Source: Salmonella phage vB_GS156. From it: 48,297 bases of DNA. The DNA lies in the sequence record PV153712.1; one strand, given 5' to 3'. Of the stretch, positions 35,756 to 45,062 are shown in pieces. Within the stretch, counting starts at the first letter, position 1. The number at the start of each line of letters is the position of its first letter. Made by a program: the position numbers and the translations under genes. The notes under the pieces were generated by a model that had not been told where the DNA came from, did no database searches, and saw only the letters and a program-made list of their open reading frames with translations.

Positions 35756-37729
35756 ATGATTCCTAATATTGAAAAGCAGATTGCCGATCTAGGAGAAGAA
35801 AAGATCAGAGCAATCCAGAAACGATTCACGGTTGGCGATATTGTCCCTTACGAATATCAATGCGTTGCGTATGTTGAGATCGCAAAGCGTCTAAGCAGAT
35901 ACGAACACCCATTCTTTGTTAAAGCGGCTGTATCGGCTGGCAAAACAATGATGTTTGCTATGGTTGCGGCTCAGTGTAAGAAAATGAGTTTAAAGGCTTT
36001 ATTTCTTGCGCGTCAGTCTGAAATTGTCGATCAGGATTCGAAAGAAATTAGCGCCTTTGGTGTGCCTAATTCAGTTTATTGCGCTGGCCTGAATACTAAA
36101 AGCGCATACTTTCCAATTGTTGTTGGATCGGAAGGTACTGTGATTAATGGCTTGAATAAGGCTTTGGGTGATTACGTCCCGCAAGTGTTAGGAATTGATG
36201 AATGTCATCAAGTTAACTGGAATGACATTGTGGAAGCGGAGGAAAACGGCGAAAGTATAGAGCAAATGATGACGACAAAAGGTGAACCAGTTGAAGGGAA
36301 TCCGTTGCTGATTGGTACAGGCCGCGCACAATACACAATTATCATTTTTGAAATGCGCCGCCGTTGTCGTGAGGTTCACGGTCATGAATTGCGCATATTT
36401 GGAATGACAGGGTCGGAATATCGCGGTATTGATCCAATACTGGTTGAAGACAAGCGTATCCCTGGATTCTGGCGCGAGCAGGTAACTAATATTGATACTG
36501 ATTACCTTGTGAAATTCGGATCAGTTGTTCCAACGTATTTTGGTAATGTTGGTGATTTGGGTTACGACTTATCAGAATTTACGCCAGTTCATGAATTTGG
36601 TGTTGCAGATTATGACCAGAAGCAATTAAAGGCAATGAGTGACAAGATTCACCAATCAGGAACCATGACGCAACGAATTATGCAAATGGTTAACGAGGTA
36701 ATGAAAGATCGATTATGCGCGCTTGTTACTTGTGCTGATGCTCGACACTGCAAAGAGGCTGCGGCTGCATTACCTCCAGGAACAAAATACCACATCATAA
36801 CAGGGAAGACCAGAGATAAGCAGCGTAGAGAATGGCTTGAAGATGCTTACGAAGGTAGAGTGAAATACATATTCCAGGTTCAGGCGCTAACTACTGGCGT
36901 TAACATTCCGCCGTGGGATACTTCTGTTATATTGCGTAAAATAGGAAGCCTTACGCTATTAACTCAATTGCTTGGGCGTGGTATGCGTCAATTAAAAACA
37001 TACCACAAAGAAGTATTGGGAATGAAAAAAACAGATCATCTTGTTTTTGACTTTTCCGGCACAATGTTTGAAATGGGTAATTTGTATTTCGATCCAATGT
37101 TAGAGCAAGCGCAATTCCAGTTACGCAAATCTCAGAACAAGGAAACTAAATATTGCCCGATATGCAATACGGAAAATTCATTCTATGCTCGCCGTTGTAT
37201 GCACATCGATGATAACGGAAATCGTTGTGAATATTTCTGGACTTACCAAACGTGTGATGATCAGATTGATGACCGCACAAAGAAAGTCGTTGTAAAAGGT
37301 TGTTTGGCAAAAAATGACGTTGCGGCTCGTGTATGCCGTTGTTGTAACGTGCAATTACGAGATCCGAATGATAACCTATCCGGCAAGATGTACCGTAAAA
37401 ATGATTGGTGTGATGTTCTCAATTTTGAAGTAACACTCACTAAAAATAAGGCTGGCGTAATATTCTGCTACACGTTGCGTGATACTGGCGGCGTAGAATT
37501 CAGGGCGTATGAAAAGTATTTCCCTGAATCAGATCATAAAATATGCAAAACTCTTTGGACGAAAGCAGTTAGGACACACGTTTTAGATCGCCAGGCTGCA
37601 AACTTTATGATCACTTGCCGCAACGCTGTTAAGATCATGAGCTATGCATCACAAATCATGAAGCCGAAACGCGTTACGCATCGCAAGAACACAAAGAAAG
37701 AAGATTTGATAGCACAGAAGGAGTTTTAA
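35756..37729 (+). CDS. DEAD/DEAH-box (SF2) helicase
   Basis: VKAAVSAGKTMMFAMVA, GIDECHQV, GTGRAQYT, QALTTGVNIPPWDT, QLLGRGMRQ, C-terminal Cys cluster. Confidence 0.92.
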   Translation: MIPNIEKQIADLGEEKIRAIQKRFTVGDIVPYEYQCVAYVEIAKRLSRYEHPFFVKAAVSAGKTMMFAMVAAQCKKMSLKALFLARQSEIVDQDSKEISAFGVPNSVYCAGLNTKSAYFPIVVGSEGTVINGLNKALGDYVPQVLGIDECHQVNWNDIVEAEENGESIEQMMTTKGEPVEGNPLLIGTGRAQYTIIIFEMRRRCREVHGHELRIFGMTGSEYRGIDPILVEDKRIPGFWREQVTNIDTDYLVKFGSVVPTYFGNVGDLGYDLSEFTPVHEFGVADYDQKQLKAMSDKIHQSGTMTQRIMQMVNEVMKDRLCALVTCADARHCKEAAAALPPGTKYHIITGKTRDKQRREWLEDAYEGRVKYIFQVQALTTGVNIPPWDTSVILRKIGSLTLLTQLLGRGMRQLKTYHKEVLGMKKTDHLVFDFSGTMFEMGNLYFDPMLEQAQFQLRKSQNKETKYCPICNTENSFYARRCMHIDDNGNRCEYFWTYQTCDDQIDDRTKKVVVKGCLAKNDVAARVCRCCNVQLRDPNDNLSGKMYRKNDWCDVLNFEVTLTKNKAGVIFCYTLRDTGGVEFRAYEKYFPESDHKICKTLWTKAVRTHVLDRQAANFMITCRNAVKIMSYASQIMKPKRVTHRKNTKKEDLIAQKEF

Positions 37730-37731
37730 TA

Positions 37732-38151
37732 ATGGTAACTGACAAAGGCGATTATCTTGAATACTACGAGCGAGATCCGAGCGACACGCGCAAGGAAGAT
37801 TCTCACCAGGTTGATTGCGTGGCGTGGTTACGCCACAATTACCCGCACTTGTTGTTTTGGCACACGGTTAACGAGGGGAAAAAGACGATCACAAGCGCAT
37901 TACGTGACGAGCAAGCAGGATTGCGTAAGGGCGTGAGTGATTTCGTTATCCTGATTGGCTTGAATCACCGCTACCCATTCGCTGCTATCGAATTGAAGCG
38001 CGTCAACAAATCAGGAAAGTGCAAAGCTTCACCTGTCAGCGACGAGCAATCGGCCTTTTTGCGTGACGTTCGCCAGCGAGGAGGATTCGCGGCTGTTGCA
38101 TACGGCATTAATCAATTCAAAATAGCTATTGAGGATCTCGTTTCAAAATAG
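37732..38151 (+). CDS. VRR-NUC nuclease
   Basis: GLRKGVSDFVILI...AAIELKR...SDEQSAFL...GGFAAVAYG. Confidence 0.88.
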   Translation: MVTDKGDYLEYYERDPSDTRKEDSHQVDCVAWLRHNYPHLLFWHTVNEGKKTITSALRDEQAGLRKGVSDFVILIGLNHRYPFAAIELKRVNKSGKCKASPVSDEQSAFLRDVRQRGGFAAVAYGINQFKIAIEDLVSK

Positions 38152-38191
38152 CACTTTTTGTTAAAACGCCGGATGAAAAATCCGGCATAAT
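38149..38191 (+). promoter_or_regulatory. Operator (38149-38163) plus -10 CATAAT (38186-38191)
   Basis: TAGCACTTTTTGTTA; 7-bp hairpin in spacer. Confidence 0.8.
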
Positions 38192-38222
38192 GCACACATC
38201 AGAACGAAACGGAGAAATCAAA

Positions 38223-38549
38223 ATGAAAAAATTCCTACTGGCTGCATTGTTCGCAACTGCATTTTCAGCTAACGCCGATTCATGCAATAGAATCATTCAT
38301 TACGCAATAACCAACGCAAAGGATAATTGGGGATCTGATGCAAGATTAGTTTCTCAGCCAATGCACGTATCAATTTACAAAGATACTTGCAAAACTGCAA
38401 TAACAGCAAATGGAGTAATCAGTAAGGATGATTTTTATGAGGGAATAAAAAACGGTTCAAGCGCATTGCTTGAAAAACATGGCTATATTGATGCGGCAGA
38501 TGTAAATTCTTTAGTAGCAAAAATTTCATACGATTTCGCAACAGAATAA
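38223..38549 (+). CDS. Secreted/periplasmic protein, possibly Rap1a/Tai-like
   Basis: Signal peptide MKKFLLAALFATAFSANA-DSC, paired cysteines. Confidence 0.6.
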   Translation: MKKFLLAALFATAFSANADSCNRIIHYAITNAKDNWGSDARLVSQPMHVSIYKDTCKTAITANGVISKDDFYEGIKNGSSALLEKHGYIDAADVNSLVAKISYDFATE

Positions 38550-38562
38550 GAGGTAAAATAAA

Positions 38563-39303
38563 ATGGCAAAAGATATTCAGGACTCAGTGACAATTGATAC
38601 ATTCGCTCCTGAAATGGACTTCCACGAATTGCAGTATGGTACTTATTCAAGTATTGCATTGCGTTCTGGAGGGCATTATCAATCTGTAAGACCAAATAAT
38701 TTTTACAAGGTTACCGGAAATCATTATGCAGGAAGCAAAACTCCTGATATTGTTCGAGACCTTTGGGAAACTCCAGATGAAATTGTTGAATACCTTGCTG
38801 AACGTTACGGCAAATATGATCTTGACGCAGCAGCAACGGAAGATAATAAAAAATGCGATAAATTTTACAGCAAAGAAACAAACTGCTTAAAGCGTTGGTG
38901 GGGTAGCAATAAGCACGTTTGGTTAAATCCACCATACAGCAATCCAGATCCATTTATCAAAAAAGCAATTGAGCAGATGGAACACGGAAACCAGATTGAT
39001 ATTTTACTTCCGGCTGATAATTCAACTGCATGGTTTAGTGACGCACAAAAACACGCGGCAGAAATTATCTGGATTACTGGTGAAACCTGGAAGAATGAAG
39101 AAGGTCGCGAATATTCCCGCACTGGTCGTGTAGCGTTTATTTCTGGCATGACAGGTGAACCAGTACAGGGCAACAATAAAGGCAGCGTGATTTTTATCAT
39201 GCGCCAACTTAAAGAAGGTGAGCAACAGCAAACGCACTATGTGAAGATTAGCGACATTTGCCCTTCCGTAAAAAATAAACGAGCCAAAGCGCGGAGTATT
39301 TAA
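38563..39303 (+). CDS. Phage DNA N6-adenine methyltransferase (Dam-like)
   Basis: YDLDAAATEDNKKCDKFY...VWLNPPYSNPDPFI. Confidence 0.88.
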   Translation: MAKDIQDSVTIDTFAPEMDFHELQYGTYSSIALRSGGHYQSVRPNNFYKVTGNHYAGSKTPDIVRDLWETPDEIVEYLAERYGKYDLDAAATEDNKKCDKFYSKETNCLKRWWGSNKHVWLNPPYSNPDPFIKKAIEQMEHGNQIDILLPADNSTAWFSDAQKHAAEIIWITGETWKNEEGREYSRTGRVAFISGMTGEPVQGNNKGSVIFIMRQLKEGEQQQTHYVKISDICPSVKNKRAKARSI

Positions 39304-39304
39304 A

Positions 39305-39535
39305 ATGAGCATTCGATTAGCCGATCACATGAAATGGGATTTATTTGTTGGTATGACAATTCGCTTACTTGATAAGCATGGTTATAACGCTGATAAAATG
39401 GAGTTGATAAACTGCCTGGATATGACATTTGACGAAATCAAAGTTGCGCCTTTGTACATGTGGGAAAGAAAAATTGAGCACGACCTGATACAATACAAAC
39501 GCAGAGAGGGCGCACGATTTTTCAATGTGAAATAG
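39305..39535 (+). CDS. Hypothetical protein
   Basis: ORF; TAG stop inside next operator. Confidence 0.6.
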   Translation: MSIRLADHMKWDLFVGMTIRLLDKHGYNADKMELINCLDMTFDEIKVAPLYMWERKIEHDLIQYKRREGARFFNVK

Positions 39536-39575
39536 CACTTTTTGTTAAAACCCGCTACGGCGGGTTTTGTATTAT
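39533..39575 (+). promoter_or_regulatory. Operator (39533-39547) plus -10 TATTAT (39570-39575) with full terminator hairpin (39547-39568) in the spacer
   Basis: TAGCACTTTTTGTTA, AAAACCCGC-TACG-GCGGGTTTT. Confidence 0.75.
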
Positions 39576-39768
39576 GTGCTTAACGGAAAACAAGAGGATT
39601 TCAAAAATGAAAATCGTAAACGTCGAATACTTCAAAGATGCGCAATGGCTAGCAATGGAAGCAGTATTTATGAACAAAAAATGCCATGAGATTACTGGTG
39701 AAATATTGTGGAATGACGCAATTGAACTACTTAAAAAGGCTTACGGTTATGAAAGTGACGAAGGGTAA
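39574..39768 (+). CDS. Hypothetical protein
   Basis: In-frame start MKIVNVEYFKDAQWL near 39607. Confidence 0.55.
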   Translation: MCLTENKRISKMKIVNVEYFKDAQWLAMEAVFMNKKCHEITGEILWNDAIELLKKAYGYESDEG

Positions 39769-39991
39769 AAAAGAAACCTGGGAGTTAGCCAAAAAATGCG
39801 GTATTGATGAAGGGATCGCAAAAATAGCGAAATATTTCGACATTAAAGATGTGTGCGTTATTGTTGGTGACGAAATGGCGTATGTTGAAGAAAGGCCGCG
39901 CAAGGTTCATCGTGTTAAGGCAATTCCAACAACGATAGACTACAAGGCCGTTATAAACAAAACTAAAGAGCAAAGGAAGTATTTCAAATGA
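39686..39991 (+). CDS. Hypothetical protein; true start likely MKVTKGKKETWEL near 39744
   Basis: ORF track, overlaps preceding gene end. Confidence 0.5.
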   Translation: MRLLVKYCGMTQLNYLKRLTVMKVTKGKKETWELAKKCGIDEGIAKIAKYFDIKDVCVIVGDEMAYVEERPRKVHRVKAIPTTIDYKAVINKTKEQRKYFK

Positions 39992-40065
39992 GATACATTT
40001 CAGTTGTTTTGTTGACGCCTGTTATAGCATGGGTTATTATGTACAAAATTATTATGAGTGTTTGA
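39988..40065 (+). CDS. 25-aa single-TM peptide
   Basis: ATGA overlap; MRYISVVLLTPVIAWVIMYKIIMSV. Confidence 0.4.
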   Translation: MRYISVVLLTPVIAWVIMYKIIMSV

Positions 40066-40067
40066 AT

Positions 40068-40544
40068 ATGGATTACAAATTACTTTTTGATTATAAAGAA
40101 GGCATTTTGATAAAAAAGGTAAAGCTGTCCAAAAGGTGCAAGATTGGTGATCAAGTCGGATGGTTGAATAGTTCTGGATACATTCAATTTTCAATGAGGA
40201 AAAAAGTTTATCTTGTTCATCGTGTTATATGGGAAATTCACAACGGAAAGATACCAGATGGAATGGAAGTTGATCATATTGACCATAACAAACTTAACAA
40301 CAACATAGAAAACCTTAGGCTTGTAAGTAAAAAAGAAAATCACAAGAATATGCCGCTACAAAAAAATAATAAAAGTGGATTTTGTGGAGTTTGCTTTATA
40401 GAAAGATGCAACAAATATAGATCTTCAATAAAGGTTGACGGAAAGACCAAATATCTGGGATACTTTATCGACATCAATGACGCAATAAAAGCAAGAATTG
40501 ATGCAAATAAAATATTTGGTTTTCACAATAATCATGGTGGATAG
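40068..40544 (+). CDS. HNH homing-type endonuclease with AP2-like C-terminus
   Basis: VHRVIWEIHNGKIPDGMEVDHIDHNKLNNNIENLRLVSKKENHKN...KYLGYF. Confidence 0.88.
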   Translation: MDYKLLFDYKEGILIKKVKLSKRCKIGDQVGWLNSSGYIQFSMRKKVYLVHRVIWEIHNGKIPDGMEVDHIDHNKLNNNIENLRLVSKKENHKNMPLQKNNKSGFCGVCFIERCNKYRSSIKVDGKTKYLGYFIDINDAIKARIDANKIFGFHNNHGG

Positions 40545-40545
40545 A

Positions 40546-41661
40546 ATGACTGCTAAAAAGATTACCGACGAGCAATTGATCGCTGAACGTGAGGCGGGTT
40601 TAAAACTGCGTGAGATTGCGGAAAAATACGGAATGAGCTTGCGCCAGGTTGAGCACCGACACAGTAAATTAGCAAGGCGCGGCGAGATCTCAACAATCGG
40701 ATCTCCTGGCTTTCCAGTTATCGGTGAATCAAGATTAACACGCGCTAACGGAGAGGTCGTTATGACCTGGACAAAGACGCACAAAGACAAGGAGCAATTA
40801 GAATCGATCATGCAAGCGGCTATGGATGCATTTTCGGAAGAAGTGCCGCGAGTTAAGCCACAACCGGAAAAGATTACTGACTATTCGCAAACATTGTCGT
40901 TATATCCGATCTTTGATATTCACATCGGCGCAATGGCTCATAAGCATGAAAGCGGTGAGAATTACGACACCGCAACGGCAGAGAAGATCATGAATGAATT
41001 CTTTGATTATGCCGTCGATAAAGCACCGAATAGCGAAAAGGCCGTATTGCTGATTGGTGGTGATATGATTCACAGTGACGGCCTAGAGGCTGTAACCCCT
41101 GCAAGCGGTCACGTTCTGGATCAAGATTCACGCTATGCAAAACTTGTTTATGTTGCTATCAGAGCAACGCGCCGAGCAGTAAGCCGGATGCTTGAAAAGC
41201 ATAAAGAGGTTGAGATCCAGATTATTGAGGGTAATCACGACCAATCAGGAATGATATGGCTACGTGCCGCAATGGCGGCTGCATATGAAAATGAACCGCG
41301 TGTTACTGTTGACGTTTCTCCTCGCGTAGTGCATCACACTCAGTACGGAAAAACATTCCTGGCTTATCATCATGGTCACACCATACGCAAGCCAGAAACG
41401 CTTTTAATGGCTTGCGCAGCAGATTGGCGCGAGGATTTCGGAAACTCAAATTCAATGTATGCGCATGTAGGGCATTGGCATCATCAGACCGTAACAGAAA
41501 CGAGTTTAGGTATTGTTGAGGTTCACAGCACTATGGCGGCGAAAGATGCATATGCCGCGCGTGGTGGTTGGCGATCACGTCGCAGAGCGGCGGTAATAAT
41601 TTACGATAAGGAATATGGCGAAATAGGAAGATTTATGTTTTATCCTGAAATGATTGCATAA
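40546..41661 (+). CDS. N-terminal HTH fused to calcineurin-like metallophosphoesterase
   Basis: GLKLREIAEKYGMSLRQVEHR; DIHIGA, GGDMIHSD, EGNHDQ, YHHGH, GHWHHQ. Confidence 0.85.
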   Translation: MTAKKITDEQLIAEREAGLKLREIAEKYGMSLRQVEHRHSKLARRGEISTIGSPGFPVIGESRLTRANGEVVMTWTKTHKDKEQLESIMQAAMDAFSEEVPRVKPQPEKITDYSQTLSLYPIFDIHIGAMAHKHESGENYDTATAEKIMNEFFDYAVDKAPNSEKAVLLIGGDMIHSDGLEAVTPASGHVLDQDSRYAKLVYVAIRATRRAVSRMLEKHKEVEIQIIEGNHDQSGMIWLRAAMAAAYENEPRVTVDVSPRVVHHTQYGKTFLAYHHGHTIRKPETLLMACAADWREDFGNSNSMYAHVGHWHHQTVTETSLGIVEVHSTMAAKDAYAARGGWRSRRRAAVIIYDKEYGEIGRFMFYPEMIA

Positions 41662-41678
41662 TTAAAGTATAAAGAAAA

Positions 41679-41707
41679 AGGCTGGCTAAGTGCTGGCCTT
41701 TTTTTGT
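41679..41707 (+). terminator. Terminator before lysis cassette
   Basis: AAGGCTGGCTAAGTGCTGGCCTTTTTTT (9-bp stem with wobbles). Confidence 0.7.
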
Positions 41708-41773
41708 TTTTGTGGTTAATATAATCAGACTAAATTTTGATATTGACTTTTAACTATTATTGAGGATCTGATT

Positions 41774-41998
41774 ATGAGGGACTTTCTTTTAATGGCTCAA
41801 AACTCTTTTGGAGGTGCAACTGTTGTTGGCTCTTTTACTGGTGAGTTTTTGTTAGCTATAGCAACATTTATTTTATTCGCCATTTTCGGCTTTTGGGGCG
41901 CGTGGCTTAAATGGCGTGATAGTAAAGCGATTCGAGAGGCTTTAGATTCAGGGGATTTAAAAACAGCGCTTAATCTACGGCAGAAAGAGAGGGTGTAA
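41774..41998 (+). CDS. Holin-like membrane protein
   Basis: One TM segment, immediately upstream of endolysin. Confidence 0.65.
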   Translation: MRDFLLMAQNSFGGATVVGSFTGEFLLAIATFILFAIFGFWGAWLKWRDSKAIREALDSGDLKTALNLRQKERV

Positions 41999-42492
41999 TG
42001 ACAATCAAGAAAGGTATAGCCGCCACCGTAACAGGGGCGGCTTTAATGTTGGCATCGCCTTTGATTGAAGAAATTGAGGGCGTAAAGTATAAGCCTTACA
42101 AGGATATTGCTGGTATATGGACTGTATGCCACGGCATCACCGGAAAGGATGTGATATTGGGAAAGGAATATACCAGGCGAGAATGTGATGCTTTATTAGC
42201 AAAGCATATGAAAGTAGCGGCTGACGCTGTTGATAAAGCGGTAAAAGTTGATATTCCTTTATCAATGCGAGCGGCGCTATATTCATTCACATTTAACGCT
42301 GGCACTGGTGCATTTAGAAAATCAACCATGCTTAAAAAGATTAATAATGGTGATCTGTACGGCGGTTGCGGTGAGCTATGGAATTGGACGTATTTTACAA
42401 ATACAAAAACAGGCAAAAAGGAAAAATCAAGAGGATTGAAAAATCGCCGCGCAGTTGAATATAAATATTGTGTTAAGGATCTGAAAACATGA
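41998..42492 (+). CDS. GH24-type lysozyme endolysin, probable SAR type
   Basis: Weakly hydrophobic N-terminus [21 protein letters not shown]; E-8aa-D-5aa-T catalytic spacing, TVCHGIT. Confidence 0.88.
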   Translation: MTIKKGIAATVTGAALMLASPLIEEIEGVKYKPYKDIAGIWTVCHGITGKDVILGKEYTRRECDALLAKHMKVAADAVDKAVKVDIPLSMRAALYSFTFNAGTGAFRKSTMLKKINNGDLYGGCGELWNWTYFTNTKTGKKEKSRGLKNRRAVEYKYCVKDLKT

Positions 42493-42878
42493 AAAGAAAA
42501 TTACTGGCTGTTTTGATGTGCATTACTCTTTCAGGTTGTTCAGCGTCAAGCCTGTTACCTGGTCTGATTGGTAGTAAGCCTGATATAACAGCACAAGCCG
42601 GATCTGAAAATGTGAAACAGACTGTTGGAGTAACTGCAAAACAGGACACATCCAGCAAGCAGGAAACAACATTCAAAGAGTCGGCAGTTGGAAAGGTTGA
42701 TTCCAGCAATAAAAAGCAGGTTAGCACATCAAGCATTAAGGCAGATAACATAACAGCGGAAAGAATAGAGATCCGAAATAATGACGGTATCAATATTCCA
42801 GCTATAGCAATGAGCTTGATAACGTTTATCACAGGTATGATTGCTGGATGGACTCTAAAACGCAACAAGGCGGCATAA
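42489..42878 (+). CDS. Candidate unimolecular spanin (lipoprotein + C-terminal TM)
   Basis: Lipobox LSGC at N-terminus and [27 protein letters not shown] at C-terminus. Confidence 0.65.
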   Translation: MKRKLLAVLMCITLSGCSASSLLPGLIGSKPDITAQAGSENVKQTVGVTAKQDTSSKQETTFKESAVGKVDSSNKKQVSTSSIKADNITAERIEIRNNDGINIPAIAMSLITFITGMIAGWTLKRNKAA

Positions 42879-42891
42879 GCCGCCTTTTATT

Positions 42892-43089
42892 TTACGTTAA
42901 TTTCCTTACATGAATAAGTAATTCCCCATCTTGATTTGTCAATTGATGCTCATTATTTTCAAACGCTCGCATATCGCTATAAAGCAAAAGCATTAGAGCA
43001 TAAACAAAATCATCGTGCGGAATTTGCATTGCCGAACTTTCTTTCAAAATAAGATCTATCAAATGCTGTCTGGCTGAATAATTCTTCAT
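42892..43089 (-). CDS. Hypothetical protein
   Basis: ORF track, start overlaps upstream gene end. Confidence 0.55.
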   Translation of the reverse strand: MKNYSARQHLIDLILKESSAMQIPHDDFVYALMLLLYSDMRAFENNEHQLTNQDGELLIHVRKLT

Positions 43090-43405
43090 CGCTCATTTTC
43101 TCAATATTCATAATCTCCCATACATAACGATTGGAATCACCTTCAAGGCTATGCAGTTCGAAATTAAAAGGCCTTTTCATCTTGTTTTTGCACCAGTATT
43201 CACAGTGAATTCCTTCAAGATATCCAAAACCCATCATTCTAGACACAAACTCTTTACTTGTGCTTGATGCGAAATAGCGGCGAGTCACTCCAGCATTTTT
43301 TGCCAACCTCTCACACTCGCGGTGGCGATAAATGAATTTAGCTAAATCCTGGCGATTGAATTTATCGCGAGACTCACAGAATCGATACAGATCGAGCATG
43401 AACAT
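43010..43405 (-). CDS. Hypothetical protein
   Basis: ORF track; start choice uncertain. Confidence 0.55.
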   Translation of the reverse strand: MFMLDLYRFCESRDKFNRQDLAKFIYRHRECERLAKNAGVTRRYFASSTSKEFVSRMMGFGYLEGIHCEYWCKNKMKRPFNFELHSLEGDSNRYVWEIMNIEKMSDEELFSQTAFDRSYFERKFGNANSAR

Positions 43406-43409
43406 GATA

Positions 43410-44990
43410 TCACCCCAATAATGCTGGATTCACATAAACCAGCTTACCAACAATGCAAACGTAATTCTTTTCTTCCAGCATTGGCAATAATTGCTCCTCA
43501 ATTCGTTTCATTACGCCAGCTTGACCAGTGAAAGGCTTAACCTTACGCGCACTCTCATAAATCGCCCTGGCATTAGTAACGCCTTTATTTTTACGAGACA
43601 GCTTAATTATGATTTCAATTAGTTTATTCATTTCTGCATCATCGCCAGCATGACCGGAAGCATTTGCCGCATTTATGTATGTTTTGCTTAATTCGCTAAA
43701 CATCACAATTGCTTCCTGCATTGTTTCAACATTAATTTCACGATCCTTTTGTGGTGTGCCTTTCGGGTTAAACCAATTACGGATAGTGTGCAAAACTGAC
43801 GCGATTCGAATAACTTGTTTATCCATCTTACCCAATGCGCCACGCAACATTGTATGTGAATATTTTCCACCGTCTGCTAAATCAGGTTCTAACTGTTGAC
43901 GTGCCATATTTAAAACGCGCATTGCAGATCGTGACGGCTTCAAAACAACATTTTGCTCAGTCATTATATTGTGAATCAACTGGAAGTATTGCGCTTTTAA
44001 CTCCTTGTCAACTGGCTTGTAATCTAGATCACCGTTTTCATCAACAAAGACACGCTCACCCAACATTGTTTTTTCGCGAACCAGTAAGAAACGCTCACTA
44101 ACACCAATACCGCGCGCACCTGCATCCATAATACCTTTTATCGTTTCATCCTGTGCAATTACGCTCATACATCCCAACGCAACAAAACTCATATTGTTTT
44201 CAGCGTTTGCGCGAGCTATTGAAACGTGTCCGGCGTCCCATGCTTTCAAAACTAATTCGCTGTTAGTTTTTCGGTCGCTATTTGCATAAGTAAGGCCGAG
44301 CAAACTGTTAATACTTGTTGCTTCATCTGAAATAACCGCAAAGTTACCCTGGCGGTTGTTAATTTTTGCCAAACCTTCCGGCGTGGTATCAGATACAGGG
44401 AAAACAATGTCGCACATCTTTTCTAACTTTTCTTCTAATTCTTCCTTTTCCTCAAATAATGCCGCAACCTCAGTGCTTGAGCGTTCAGCTTTTAATTCCT
44501 TCTCAACGCCTTTTAATTTTGCTGCGATCTTCTTACGCTCTTTTTTGCGTTGTTCGTTGATGCGCTCAACTTCACAAACCATTGGAGCAATCGCCAGGCT
44601 GTTAATTGCTGATTTACCTGTTGATGGAGGCTGACTGGTTACAACATAAAGCGCCGTTGGTTGTTCAGTTCCGTGGTATTCAACCTGAAAGCGTCCAACC
44701 ATAGCGGCAGAAACACAACCAATAAAATGCATGTATGCCGATGATTCAGGAAACTGGACTGATTGCGCAATGCTGCGTGAAAGTTTACCAACAATATCAA
44801 AATCATTACCTAAAGAGATTACAGGATAGCGATCATTAGCGCCGTTGATATCCTTCACAGGCTCCCAAAAGCTCGACGCTTGGCGATACCCGTTAGACTG
44901 AATAGCAACTCTTAACGGCGAAACACCTTGTGATTCAGCCACTGCAATTACTTGTTGAGGTGTCAACTTATTGGTATCAAAATCAAACAT
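43410..44990 (-). CDS. DUF3987-like replication ATPase/primase-helicase-like protein
   Basis: QPTALYVVTSQPPSTGKSAINSLAIAPM P-loop and family character. Confidence 0.82.
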   Translation of the reverse strand: MFDFDTNKLTPQQVIAVAESQGVSPLRVAIQSNGYRQASSFWEPVKDINGANDRYPVISLGNDFDIVGKLSRSIAQSVQFPESSAYMHFIGCVSAAMVGRFQVEYHGTEQPTALYVVTSQPPSTGKSAINSLAIAPMVCEVERINEQRKKERKKIAAKLKGVEKELKAERSSTEVAALFEEKEELEEKLEKMCDIVFPVSDTTPEGLAKINNRQGNFAVISDEATSINSLLGLTYANSDRKTNSELVLKAWDAGHVSIARANAENNMSFVALGCMSVIAQDETIKGIMDAGARGIGVSERFLLVREKTMLGERVFVDENGDLDYKPVDKELKAQYFQLIHNIMTEQNVVLKPSRSAMRVLNMARQQLEPDLADGGKYSHTMLRGALGKMDKQVIRIASVLHTIRNWFNPKGTPQKDREINVETMQEAIVMFSELSKTYINAANASGHAGDDAEMNKLIEIIIKLSRKNKGVTNARAIYESARKVKPFTGQAGVMKRIEEQLLPMLEEKNYVCIVGKLVYVNPALLG

Positions 44991-45019
44991 CTAAAAATCT
45001 CCTTCTCTTGTTGCCGTAA

Positions 45020-45062
45020 ATGATACGGCAACAATGCTACCCTGTTTTAACAAAAAGTGCTA
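45020..45062 (-). promoter_or_regulatory. Operator (45048-45062) plus -10 TATCAT (45020-45025), leftward
   Basis: - strand TAGCACTTTTTGTTA...TATCAT. Confidence 0.8.
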
